Source: a virus. Taken from it: a stretch of 64,000 nucleotides of DNA. Numbering within the stretch: position 1 is the first letter of the stretch; the number at the start of each line of letters is the position of its first letter. Below are positions 37,735 through 46,982 of this stretch, piece by piece. The translations under genes and the position numbers were made by a program. The stretch lies in the IMG/VR virus record IMGVR_UViG_3300027747_002638; one strand, given 5' to 3'. A model generated the notes under the pieces. That model had not been told where the DNA came from. It worked only from the letters and a program-made list of their open reading frames with translations, and did not search any database.

Positions 37735-40309
37735 TCTATTACAAGATAAAGTATTTTCATCAAAATTCCAAAGTACAGATTTGGGATTGCATGGCGTTAG
37801 ACTACCAGAGTTTAATATAGAGCTTTCGTCAAAAAGACATTTAAACATAAGTGAAGATTCTAGTAATTATGATTTCTTAAGAGCATTAGCCTTAAATGGT
37901 TTTAAAGAATTAAAGATTAATAAAGAAAATAAAGATTACAAAAAATATACAGATCGGGCAAAATACGAACTTGAAACTTTAAAGGAATTAGGTTTTATAG
38001 ATTATATTCTATTGGTTTGGGATGTTATTAACTTTTGTAAAACTAATAATATTCCAGTAGGCTTAGGTCGAGGATCTGCTGCTGGATCATTAATATTATA
38101 TCTTATTGGGGTGACTAGGATTGACCCAGTAAAATATGATCTTTATTTCGAAAGATTTATATCCAAGATTCGTGCTAAAAAGCAGGTTGTTGATGGAATA
38201 ACGTATTTGGATGGTAGTTTGATGTGCGATGTTGATTTGGATATTTGTTATTATAATAGACAAAAAGTTCTTCAGTACTTAGAAAATAAGTTTAGGGGTA
38301 AAACTAGTAAAATTTTAACCTTAAATACTTTAAGTGGAAAGCTTTTGATCAAGGAATGTGGAAAAATTATCGGTGAAAAAACAGAAGAAGAAATGACGAT
38401 GATATCTTCGCTAATACCAAAAGTTTATGGTCAAGTAAAAGATATTAATCAAGCTTATGAAGAAGTTGAGAAATTTAAAGAATGGTGCGATGAAAATAAA
38501 GAGACTTATCAAATAGCTTTAAAATTAAGAGATTTAATTAAAAACAAGGGAGTCCATCCATCTGGCGTATTACTTTCTTATTACGACTTAGAAACCATTT
38601 GCCCAACTGAATTATCATCTGATAAAGAACCAGTTTCAAGTTTCGATATGAATTGGGTTAGCATGTTTAATATTAAACTTGATATTCTTGGCCTAAGAAG
38701 TGTTTCTGTAGTAGATGATGTTTGTAAGAATATTGGAATCAAAGTAGAAGATATCGATTTAAATCATGAATCTATTTATAGAAATCTGCAAGAGTTGAAA
38801 TCACCACATGGACTTTTTCAAATCGAAGCAGACACCAATTTTAGAGTTTGTCAAAAAGTTAAACCTAAAAACTTAGAAGAACTAAGTGGCGTATTAGCTC
38901 TTGCAAGACCTGGAGCATTACAATTCGTAGATAAATATGCTGCTCATACAAATTATCAGCAATCCGAAAGTATTCATCCATTTTTTGACGATATTCTAAA
39001 AGAAACTGGCGGAGTAGCTCTTTATCAAGAACAGTTAATGAAAATGGCTCATAAGATTGGTTTTACTCTTGATGAAGCAGAAATTTTAAGAAGAATTGTA
39101 GGAAAGAAGAAGATTGAAGAGATTAAAGCTTGGAAAAAGAAGATTGAATCAAAGATCAAAGAAAATAAAATACCAAAAGAAGTAGGAGAAATTCTATGGA
39201 AGATTCTAGAGGACTCTGCGAATTACTCATTCAATAAGAGCCATTCGCTTGCTTATGCAGCTTTAGCCGCAGTTACAATTTATTTAAAATTTAATTATCC
39301 TCAACAATTCTTTTTATCGTTATTAAAAATGAGCAGAAATGAACCAGATCCAATTGGTGAAATTTCTAAGATTCAAAAAGAAATGCATGAATTCGATATT
39401 AAACTACTTCCTCCACATATCATTAAGTCAGAGATGGATTTCTCAACAGAAGATAAAGATATCAGATTCGGTTTATTATCAATCAAAGGAATTAGTGATA
39501 AATCTATTGAGAAACTAAACAGCTTTAGAAACAAGTATTCTAATAAGTTCGAAATCTTTCAAGCAGCAGAAGAAGCTAATCTTAACATTGGAGTTTTATC
39601 TTCTTTAATTCAAGCTGGAGCATTAAGTGGTTTTAATCAATCTAGAAGTAAAATTGTATTAGAAGCTCAATTATGGAATATTTTAACTTCTAAAGAAAAG
39701 AAATATTCAATTTCATTTGCAGATCAATTTGATTATGATCTTATTAAGATTATAAAACATTTGAATAAATTCACAGATGAAAAGAATCATGTAATCATTA
39801 AAGATACTAGATTGAATACTATTAAAACTAAATATACTCCATATCTAGAAATTTATAATCAGAATAGTAAAAGTGAAAGTTTTGCTAATTGGTATTACGA
39901 AAAGAAGCTTCTAGGATATACTTACAATAAGAATCTAAGAGATATTTTTGCGGAAAAGAGAGAAAACCTTAAATATATAAGCGATATTATTGATGAGCAA
40001 GTTAATACCAAAGTAGCTTTGGTAGGTCAAATCGAAGAAGTTTATACTGGCGTATCTAAAAATGAAAAGAAAACTAGATATGTAAGATTAAAAATAGCAG
40101 ATGAAACATCTTCAATTAGCGTGTTAATATTTAATGATAATATTGAAAATAATAAACTATTAAATAATAAAGCTTTTGAAGAAGGCAATATTGTTATAGC
40201 AAAAGGCTCAAAAAGAGATGATTGTATATTTGGAGATTTAATAGCAATTCAAGATCATCAAATTTACATGAAATTAAATGATTTAAAAAAGATAGATAAA
40301 AATAATTGA
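37724..40309 (+). CDS. dnaE: DNA polymerase III alpha catalytic subunit lacking PHP domain
   Basis: GRGSAAGSL, LYFERF, DVDLD, HPSG, KLDILGL, LYQEQ, YSFNKSH, RFGL..IKG, C-terminal OB fold. Confidence 0.92.
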   Translation: MKSNLLQDKVFSSKFQSTDLGLHGVRLPEFNIELSSKRHLNISEDSSNYDFLRALALNGFKELKINKENKDYKKYTDRAKYELETLKELGFIDYILLVWDVINFCKTNNIPVGLGRGSAAGSLILYLIGVTRIDPVKYDLYFERFISKIRAKKQVVDGITYLDGSLMCDVDLDICYYNRQKVLQYLENKFRGKTSKILTLNTLSGKLLIKECGKIIGEKTEEEMTMISSLIPKVYGQVKDINQAYEEVEKFKEWCDENKETYQIALKLRDLIKNKGVHPSGVLLSYYDLETICPTELSSDKEPVSSFDMNWVSMFNIKLDILGLRSVSVVDDVCKNIGIKVEDIDLNHESIYRNLQELKSPHGLFQIEADTNFRVCQKVKPKNLEELSGVLALARPGALQFVDKYAAHTNYQQSESIHPFFDDILKETGGVALYQEQLMKMAHKIGFTLDEAEILRRIVGKKKIEEIKAWKKKIESKIKENKIPKEVGEILWKILEDSANYSFNKSHSLAYAALAAVTIYLKFNYPQQFFLSLLKMSRNEPDPIGEISKIQKEMHEFDIKLLPPHIIKSEMDFSTEDKDIRFGLLSIKGISDKSIEKLNSFRNKYSNKFEIFQAAEEANLNIGVLSSLIQAGALSGFNQSRSKIVLEAQLWNILTSKEKKYSISFADQFDYDLIKIIKHLNKFTDEKNHVIIKDTRLNTIKTKYTPYLEIYNQNSKSESFANWYYEKKLLGYTYNKNLRDIFAEKRENLKYISDIIDEQVNTKVALVGQIEEVYTGVSKNEKKTRYVRLKIADETSSISVLIFNDNIENNKLLNNKAFEEGNIVIAKGSKRDDCIFGDLIAIQDHQIYMKLNDLKKIDKNN

Positions 40310-40334
40310 CATTTATTATCATTAATGATAATAT
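40306..40334 (+). promoter_or_regulatory. Sigma70-type promoter
   Basis: TTGACA-N17-TAATAT with TG extension; 7 nt before ATG 40342. Confidence 0.65.
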
Positions 40335-40341
40335 AAGTAAT

Positions 40342-40881
40342 ATGATATCTTTTTATAAACCAAATAGCAAAAATACAGGCACAGCTTGTAGTTTTAGCGT
40401 AAATTCAAAAGACGGCTCCATTTGGAGTTCATTAATTAAGCAAAGCGCTTGGAACGAAGGCACAAAGACTGGATCATTTTCAGACAATAGAGATAATCCT
40501 CAAAAAAGTGCAAAAATTAAATTCTCTATTACAGAAACCGCAGGTTTAATAGACGCTCTAGAAAGAAATACAGAGTTTTCAGCATACCATTCATCTGACA
40601 AGCAAATAACAAAAATCAAACTATCACCATATATTAGAGATGATAAACAAGTTGGATTTTCTTATAGCGTTAATAAAGAGAACAAAGATAATATTGAAAA
40701 CAAGCAATCCTATTTAATTGGATTTTATTTCAATGAGGCTAGACTTTTAAGAGAATTTTTGATTCATTCTCTACATTCAGTCTTCAAGTCTCAAGAATTA
40801 GAAAATATTAAAAAATATAAAAATTCAAAACAAACGCAAAGTAATAATACAAATACAGACACTGATGGAGAAATTTGGTAA
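40342..40881 (+). CDS. Putative ssDNA-binding protein (Whirly/PC4-like)
   Basis: Duplicated beta-beta-beta-helix pattern (IKFSITETAGL; IGFYFNEARLL), acidic-aromatic tail DTDGEIW, follows dnaE. Confidence 0.5.
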   Translation: MISFYKPNSKNTGTACSFSVNSKDGSIWSSLIKQSAWNEGTKTGSFSDNRDNPQKSAKIKFSITETAGLIDALERNTEFSAYHSSDKQITKIKLSPYIRDDKQVGFSYSVNKENKDNIENKQSYLIGFYFNEARLLREFLIHSLHSVFKSQELENIKKYKNSKQTQSNNTNTDTDGEIW

Positions 40882-40887
40882 TAAATT

Positions 40888-42807
40888 GTGAGAAGAAAAA
40901 AGGTTTTAATACAAACTGACTTTTCTTTGGCTAAGACTGGTTTTGGAAGAAATGCCAAAGCTATTTTAAAAGCTTTATATTCAAAAGATAAATATGATAT
41001 TGTACATTATTGCTGTGGACTAAACTGGAGTAATCCAGAAACTTTAAAAGTTCCTTGGAAATGCTTTGGATCTCTTCCTGACGATCAAAAACAATTAGAA
41101 CAATTAAATAAAGATCCTCTTGCTGCAAGAAACGCTAGTTATGGGGCGCTTCTTTTAGATAGAGTTATCGAACAAGAAAAACCAGATGTTTATATTGCTA
41201 TCCAAGATATTTGGGGAGTAGATTTTGCAATAGAAAAACCTTGGTTTGAGAAGATATCTTCTGTAATTTGGACGACTTTAGATTCTTTGCCAATTTTAGA
41301 ATCAGCAATTAAGTATGCTCCAAAAATTAAAAACTATTGGATATGGAGTAACTTCGCTACAAAGGCTTTACATAAATTGGGTTATAAACATGTAAAAACT
41401 TTGCATGGAGCATTAGAGGATTCATTCTTTTATAAATTATCAGATTTTGATAGAAGCCAATTAAGAAAAAGACATGGTATACCTCAAGATGCTTTTATTA
41501 TTGGCTTTGTATTTAGAAATCAATTAAGAAAAAGCGTTCCTAACCTTTTAGAAGGATATGCTCTTTGGAAAAAGCAAAATCCAAATATAAAAAATACATT
41601 CCTACTTTTGCATACTCATTGGGCAGAAGGGTGGAACATATATAAATTAGCAGATGAATATGGCGTACCAAAAAATGAAATTTTGACCACATACATTTGC
41701 AAAAATTGTCATAATTATGAAATCAAGCCTTTTCAAGGACATGATATAGACTGTAGATTGTGTGGAGCACAAAAGAGTCAAATTACAACTGGAGTTGGTC
41801 TTGGAATTAATGAAGTTCAACTTAATGAAGTATATAATTTAATGGATGTTTATTGTCATCCATTTACTAGCGGTGGACAAGAAATACCCATTCAAGAAGC
41901 TAAACTTACAGAATTAATCACTTTAGTTACTAATTACTCATGTGGAGAAGAAATGTGTGAGCCAGAAGCTTATTCATTACCTTTGGAATGGGCAGAGTAC
42001 AGAGAGCATGGCACAGAATTTAAAAAGGCTTCAACATTACCGACTTCTATCGCTCAACAATTAAACGCAGTTCATAAGATGCCAAAAGATAAAAAGATTT
42101 TAATGGGTAAAAACGCTAGAGAATGGACTATTAAAAACTTTGGCGTTACTTATGTAAGCAGTATTTTGGAAAAATTTATTGATGATCAACCGTACATAGA
42201 TCAAGATACTTTAACTATTACTCATCAAGAAAAAGATCCAAACTACATAGTTCCAGATATTAAAAACGATGCAGAATGGATAAAATTTTTATACGCAAAT
42301 ATCTTAAAACGTCCAGAAGTAGATGAAAGAGACGAAGGATTTAAATATTGGATGCAAGAAATTTCAAAAGGAATGAAAAGACCAGATATTGAAAACTACT
42401 TCAGAAACGTAGCTCTTCAAGAAAACTCAAAGACTAAGAAGTTTAATTTCGAAGATTTATTAGATCAAAAAGATAATAATAGCAAAATATTATTTGTAAT
42501 GCCTGAATCAGAAGTAGATTTATTTTTATCAACTTCCTTATTTAAATCTATAAAAGATACTTACCCAAATCATTCTCTATACGTTGCAACAAAATCAGAG
42601 TATCATGAAATTCTTGATGGCAATCCATACATTAAAAAAGTAATACAATATATTCCGCAAATGGATGACATCTTATGGCTAGAAGGAGTCTCAGATCATA
42701 ATGGTTATTTTGATATAGCTTTCTTACCATATGTAAATTCTCAAAGAATTGTGAATTTCTTGCACAATGGTAAAACTAAAATTAACTATTACTTAAAGGA
42801 CAAATAA
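40888..42807 (+). CDS. GT4 glycosyltransferase with Zn-ribbon insert, fused to a GT9-like N-terminal half
   Basis: TGFGR, FRNQLRK, CKNC...CRLC, GGQEIPIQEA; KILFVMPE...SIK.TYP...VATK...ILDGNPYIKKVI. Confidence 0.75.
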   Translation: MRRKKVLIQTDFSLAKTGFGRNAKAILKALYSKDKYDIVHYCCGLNWSNPETLKVPWKCFGSLPDDQKQLEQLNKDPLAARNASYGALLLDRVIEQEKPDVYIAIQDIWGVDFAIEKPWFEKISSVIWTTLDSLPILESAIKYAPKIKNYWIWSNFATKALHKLGYKHVKTLHGALEDSFFYKLSDFDRSQLRKRHGIPQDAFIIGFVFRNQLRKSVPNLLEGYALWKKQNPNIKNTFLLLHTHWAEGWNIYKLADEYGVPKNEILTTYICKNCHNYEIKPFQGHDIDCRLCGAQKSQITTGVGLGINEVQLNEVYNLMDVYCHPFTSGGQEIPIQEAKLTELITLVTNYSCGEEMCEPEAYSLPLEWAEYREHGTEFKKASTLPTSIAQQLNAVHKMPKDKKILMGKNAREWTIKNFGVTYVSSILEKFIDDQPYIDQDTLTITHQEKDPNYIVPDIKNDAEWIKFLYANILKRPEVDERDEGFKYWMQEISKGMKRPDIENYFRNVALQENSKTKKFNFEDLLDQKDNNSKILFVMPESEVDLFLSTSLFKSIKDTYPNHSLYVATKSEYHEILDGNPYIKKVIQYIPQMDDILWLEGVSDHNGYFDIAFLPYVNSQRIVNFLHNGKTKINYYLKDK

Positions 42808-42809
42808 AA

Positions 42810-43976
42810 ATGCATTTATTAGAATCTTACGCTTTAAATTGTGGTCTTAAAATAAATCAACCATTTATATATGAAAAAATAGTACCACTTCCATTTAATG
42901 ATTATATCGTATTAAACTCTGGAGGAAGTTCTGATCCTAAAAATTATACCTACTGGCAAGAAGTTATACTTCTTATTAAGCCATATTTAGATAATAAAAA
43001 TATTAAAATAATACAATTACTAGAAAAGAACGAAGCTCAATCACTGGATACTCATGGATTAAACGATTTGTCTTTTAATCAAAAAGCTTTTGTTATAAAA
43101 AATTCATTACTATATGCTGGCAATGAATCAATGAGTATGCATTTGGCATCGCATTATGATAAAGATATTGTAGTTTTATATTCAAATACAAACCCAAAAA
43201 ATACTGGACCATTCTTTAATATTAAAAGTAGTCCAGAGATAATAGAAAGTCCTAAAAATAAACCTTCTTATTCAAATGTAGAAATACCTAAAACAATAAA
43301 TAGAATTAAACCAGAGGATATTGCTAAAGCTATACTCAAAAAATTAAATATAAAGAACAATATAAATATAAATACTTTATACATTGGTGAGGCTTTTCAA
43401 ACCTCTATACTTGAAATGGTTCCTGATACGTTAATTGATTTAAAAGCGTTTAATACTCAATTTATTAATGTTCGAATGGATTATCTTTTTAACGAACAAA
43501 TATTAATGAATCAATTACAATTATGTAAATGCGCAATTCTAACAGATAAACCTATAAACCTTGCTATTTATAAGAATTTCAAACAAAACATAGTTCAAAC
43601 ATATTTTATATTATCAAAAGATACAGATTTCGATTATTTAAAAGAATTAAATAAATTAAATGTTAATTTTAATATGATATCATTTTTGGATAAAGAAGAA
43701 ACTAACAAACTTAAGATAAATACTCTTGAATATGGAATAATATCCGAGGTTCCCTTGAAAAGCAAAATTGATATTTATAATAAATTTAAAGATTTACCAA
43801 ATTTAAAAATAAGATCAAATAAACTACTTTTAAGCAATAATAAAGTATATCCAACTTTTTGTCATTACAAAAATAATATGAGCTATATTTCTAGTAATCT
43901 AGAGTCCATGGATTTCATATATGATCCTCTTATGGCCTACGATATAGATTATTTTTCAATATTTCAAACTACTTGA
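42810..43976 (+). CDS. GT9 (heptosyltransferase-like) C-terminal half plus unknown domain
   Basis: MHLLESYA, KNYTYWQEVI, YAGNESMSMHLAS, VVLYSNT. Confidence 0.65.
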   Translation: MHLLESYALNCGLKINQPFIYEKIVPLPFNDYIVLNSGGSSDPKNYTYWQEVILLIKPYLDNKNIKIIQLLEKNEAQSLDTHGLNDLSFNQKAFVIKNSLLYAGNESMSMHLASHYDKDIVVLYSNTNPKNTGPFFNIKSSPEIIESPKNKPSYSNVEIPKTINRIKPEDIAKAILKKLNIKNNININTLYIGEAFQTSILEMVPDTLIDLKAFNTQFINVRMDYLFNEQILMNQLQLCKCAILTDKPINLAIYKNFKQNIVQTYFILSKDTDFDYLKELNKLNVNFNMISFLDKEETNKLKINTLEYGIISEVPLKSKIDIYNKFKDLPNLKIRSNKLLLSNNKVYPTFCHYKNNMSYISSNLESMDFIYDPLMAYDIDYFSIFQTT

Positions 43977-44001
43977 CAAAGACTAAAAGATATAGTATCA
44001 T
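43973..44001 (+). promoter_or_regulatory. Sigma70-type promoter
   Basis: TTGACA-N17-TATCAT, 6 nt before ATG 44008. Confidence 0.72.
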
Positions 44002-44007
44002 TATTAG

Positions 44008-44820
44008 ATGAGTCCAAAAATTAAAAAAGAAGAAGATACAATTTCAATTGGTAGTTCTGAATTATTTGAGTCAGTTATTGTTCAAGAACAAAAGCAGCAA
44101 GTTGCAGGAGTAGTTCCACCTAATCTAATAACAAGAAATCAATATGGTCTTGTTGAAGACAAAAGTCTTAATTATATCTTTAATGAAGATGGAAGTATTA
44201 ATTGGCGTAAAATGGTAAAAACTGAACATCTTGTACCAAATAGACAAAAAACTCAAGAAACAGATGTTTCTAAACTCCAAGATAAAGATCTACTTATTCT
44301 TCTTGGTGGTATTAAAGAATTAGCTCAAATTCGTGGATATACAAGCGTAGAATATAAAGTCGTCGCAGCTTCAGAAAATTATTTTGCAACTAGCTGTAGA
44401 ATTACTTGGCTACCAAATTATGAAACTGGTGGTAAAGAAATAGTTTTTGAATCACTAGCGGATGCAAGCATAAATAATACAAAAAGTTTTGCTAGATTCT
44501 TTTTAGCTGCAATTGCAGAAAATAGAGCCTTTGTAAGGTGTGTGCGTAATTTTCTTAAAATAAATATTGTAAGTCAAGAAGAATTAGGAGATGCGAAATT
44601 ACTAGACGATGCAGTAACTACTCAAGATAATCCTACCTCTCCACACGTTCTATTAGAAAAAGTAATTAAAGAAAAAAATATATCTTTTGATGTCTTAAAA
44701 AAGAAATTAATTAAAGAAAAATTTGAAAATGCCGAAAATTTAAATTCAATCTCAGATATACCTAAAGTAAAAATATTTGAATTAATTGAAAGAATTAAAA
44801 ATATTAAAATTAACAGTTAA
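44008..44820 (+). CDS. Putative single-strand annealing protein (Rad52/RecT-like)
   Basis: GIKELAQIRG, ADAS..N, AIAENRAFVRCVRNFL.I...EE. Confidence 0.5.
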   Translation: MSPKIKKEEDTISIGSSELFESVIVQEQKQQVAGVVPPNLITRNQYGLVEDKSLNYIFNEDGSINWRKMVKTEHLVPNRQKTQETDVSKLQDKDLLILLGGIKELAQIRGYTSVEYKVVAASENYFATSCRITWLPNYETGGKEIVFESLADASINNTKSFARFFLAAIAENRAFVRCVRNFLKINIVSQEELGDAKLLDDAVTTQDNPTSPHVLLEKVIKEKNISFDVLKKKLIKEKFENAENLNSISDIPKVKIFELIERIKNIKINS

Positions 44821-45070
44821 TGCAAGTTCCACCGCATAATGGATTTCCATCTGGCGCAGCATACAGGACTCCACTCATAAATCGATAACAATTATAATTC
44901 AAAGTATAGGCTACTTCTCTGAACTGAATATAAGTTCCAGTTTTTAGATTAACATCTATACTTCCAAGGTAATCTGCAACATCGATTAATGGTAAACTTG
45001 AACCAAGTCTGTTTCCAGCTAGGTCATAAATTACAGCATGATTACTTACAAATAATGGAAGATTTGCCAT
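44810..45070 (-). CDS. Small late hypothetical protein
   Basis: 86 aa, C-terminal Cys cluster, GTGTAA 8 nt upstream. Confidence 0.6.
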   Translation of the reverse strand: MANLPLFVSNHAVIYDLAGNRLGSSLPLIDVADYLGSIDVNLKTGTYIQFREVAYTLNYNCYRFMSGVLYAAPDGNPLCGGTCINC

Positions 45071-45078
45071 ACTAATAA

Positions 45079-45084
45079 TTACAC
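45079..45084 (-). promoter_or_regulatory. GTGTAA putative late promoter
   Basis: TTACAC, 8 nt from ATG 45070. Confidence 0.7.
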
Positions 45085-45090
45085 ATATTT

Positions 45091-45858
45091 TTAATTAAAA
45101 TCTTCTATTTCTATTCTTCGATCTTCAAATCCTTTTAATTTTAAAGCATAAGCTAGTTTGTTATCTATAATAGAACTTTTATATAAACTTTCTCCATTTT
45201 TATTCAATAGTTCTTTTTCAATACGTTTTTCATCTGTATTATAAATATAAGATTTATATATAGGTAATTTATTTGTGCGTGATCTGGGTTTTTTATCTAA
45301 TCCAGTTACTATTAATTTATTTTGTTTGAATATTGAGTTTACTCTAGTAATACTTTCAAAGTCAAATAAATCACTACTTATAGAATCTAATAAATTTTTA
45401 TTTAAAAGATCTTCTATTAAAATAGTTTTACCAATTTGATGCTCCAATGAATAAATTTTATTATTTACTACGCAACCACTAAATACATTAGTTTTTAAAA
45501 TTATAAAATTTTTTATTTTATTAAAATCTAAATCTGGAACTTCATATTGCACCAAGTGGTATTTTAAGGTTGGTTCAAGTACACCTTTAATATAAGTTAA
45601 AAAGAATTTACCATCCAATTCATATAAGCTAGGATTACATTCTATAATTGCTTCATTTTTATTTATTTTAATTTTATTAAATGGCGTATTTATTTTTAAA
45701 ATCTCTCCAGAGTCTAAATCTTTAAGGAAGATTTTCCAGGGTCTAGAGTATGTAATCGTATCTTCTTGTTCAGACTGACAATGTAATAATTTTATTTTAT
45801 TATCTTTTTTGAATAAAAAAGGTTGATGAGTATAAGTTATTTTATTTGTATCATTCAC
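45091..45858 (-). CDS. Hypothetical protein (beta-rich, propeller-like)
   Basis: HQPF, ECNPS; 255-aa ORF. Confidence 0.55.
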   Translation of the reverse strand: MNDTNKITYTHQPFLFKKDNKIKLLHCQSEQEDTITYSRPWKIFLKDLDSGEILKINTPFNKIKINKNEAIIECNPSLYELDGKFFLTYIKGVLEPTLKYHLVQYEVPDLDFNKIKNFIILKTNVFSGCVVNNKIYSLEHQIGKTILIEDLLNKNLLDSISSDLFDFESITRVNSIFKQNKLIVTGLDKKPRSRTNKLPIYKSYIYNTDEKRIEKELLNKNGESLYKSSIIDNKLAYALKLKGFEDRRIEIEDFN

Positions 45859-45881
45859 TTAACGATACTATATCTATTAAT

Positions 45882-46220
45882 TTATAAAATAACACCACCC
45901 CATCCGCCAGGATAGCCTGCATATGGTGGACAATCACATTTTGAAGTGCATCCGCAACAATCTTCTGGTTTAGCGCATTCTGCATCTGGATTATAACAAT
46001 CATCGCAACTGTCTGTACAACCACCCTGCGTGCATACATCGCATGCTGGCCCATTTAAAGTTGCATCTGCATCATAGTTACAAGCGTTAGAATCTGTACA
46101 TCCACAAGTGGCGCATTCATCACAAGCATCACAGCAACAAAATGTTTGTTTAATGCCAGAATTACATTGACAATCCGTAGAACAAGCGCACTCGTCTGTT
46201 TCGTTTGGTACATTGGGCAT
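45882..46220 (-). CDS. Cys-rich protein (23 Cys in 112 aa) with GCTD..A.NY repeats
   Basis: GCTDSNACNYDADAT and GCTDSCDDCYNPDA; GTGTAA 9 nt upstream. Confidence 0.7.
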   Translation of the reverse strand: MPNVPNETDECACSTDCQCNSGIKQTFCCCDACDECATCGCTDSNACNYDADATLNGPACDVCTQGGCTDSCDDCYNPDAECAKPEDCCGCTSKCDCPPYAGYPGGWGGVIL

Positions 46221-46229
46221 ATATCAATA

Positions 46230-46235
46230 TTACAC
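46230..46235 (-). promoter_or_regulatory. GTGTAA putative late promoter
   Basis: TTACAC, 9 nt from ATG 46220. Confidence 0.7.
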
Positions 46236-46241
46236 TAAAAT

Positions 46242-46529
46242 TTAATCTTTAAATGGTATTAATTTTCTTCTTATAAATACTAAGTTAATAAAAAATCCAG
46301 AAAAAGCACTTAATATATTAGAAACATAATCTAAAGTATACTCTTGAAATGGGTTTAAAAATAAAGTTAAAAATAAACAAATCCAAAAACTACTACATTC
46401 ATGACAAAGCAATGGCTTTCTGATATAAGGTATTCTAGCTACAAAATTTCTAAAAGGTCTGGAAGCTTCTGTATCAGACCAAGCGTAACTTACTCCAAGA
46501 CAAACAAACAAGTATAGTAAAAATATCAT
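46242..46529 (-). CDS. DUF1360-like membrane protein with CxxC
   Basis: Three hydrophobic segments; LLCHECSSFW. Confidence 0.55.
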   Translation of the reverse strand: MIFLLYLFVCLGVSYAWSDTEASRPFRNFVARIPYIRKPLLCHECSSFWICLFLTLFLNPFQEYTLDYVSNILSAFSGFFINLVFIRRKLIPFKD

Positions 46530-46940
46530 TTACAAAAAGTAAACATGAATAGAGTCTTCTTTTTCTATAGCCGAAAAACTCCTAAAAACTTTTCCAGATG
46601 TTACTCTCCATAAATTAGCCCAATCTTCTTCACTTTTACCAATTTTTATAATTTTACCGCTTAATATTTTTTCTGAATGCAAGGAGCTTGCTAAAGTTAT
46701 GTCTTTAATTAAATCTGGTCTATGATCTACATATTTATCAAAAATTGATTCATTTCCTGCAACTATTTTTTCGTTAAAAAATTTAGTAACCCTTCCTCTA
46801 CATGAGCAATTTGGATTCTCTCTAAAAGTCGTTAGGTCCGCTAAAATTTCTGGAAAATCGCGTTTAAGCTCTTCAAATGCGTCTTTATTTTGAAGAATTA
46901 TATTAATTATATTAGCTAGGTTATTTTTATCAATTTTCAT
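46530..46940 (-). CDS. Hypothetical protein with NPNCSC motif
   Basis: 136-aa ORF; TATAAT 7 nt upstream of ATG. Confidence 0.6.
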   Translation of the reverse strand: MKIDKNNLANIINIILQNKDAFEELKRDFPEILADLTTFRENPNCSCRGRVTKFFNEKIVAGNESIFDKYVDHRPDLIKDITLASSLHSEKILSGKIIKIGKSEEDWANLWRVTSGKVFRSFSAIEKEDSIHVYFL

Positions 46941-46982
46941 ATATTATATTATATATGAATATCAATATATTTCTATTATTTT

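Noticed and set aside
35588-40309. Split intein or intron explaining the split DnaE
   Set aside because: No C/S-start or HN-C/S intein termini at the fragment ends; intervening DNA is fully coding
35579-40341. Track starts at 35579 (TTG), 37492 (TTG) and 40306 (TTG); similarly 3915, 6896, 7371, 10170, 16722, 18158
   Set aside because: They overlap promoter elements or upstream genes; downstream ATGs fit promoter spacing, ATGA coupling or signal peptides better
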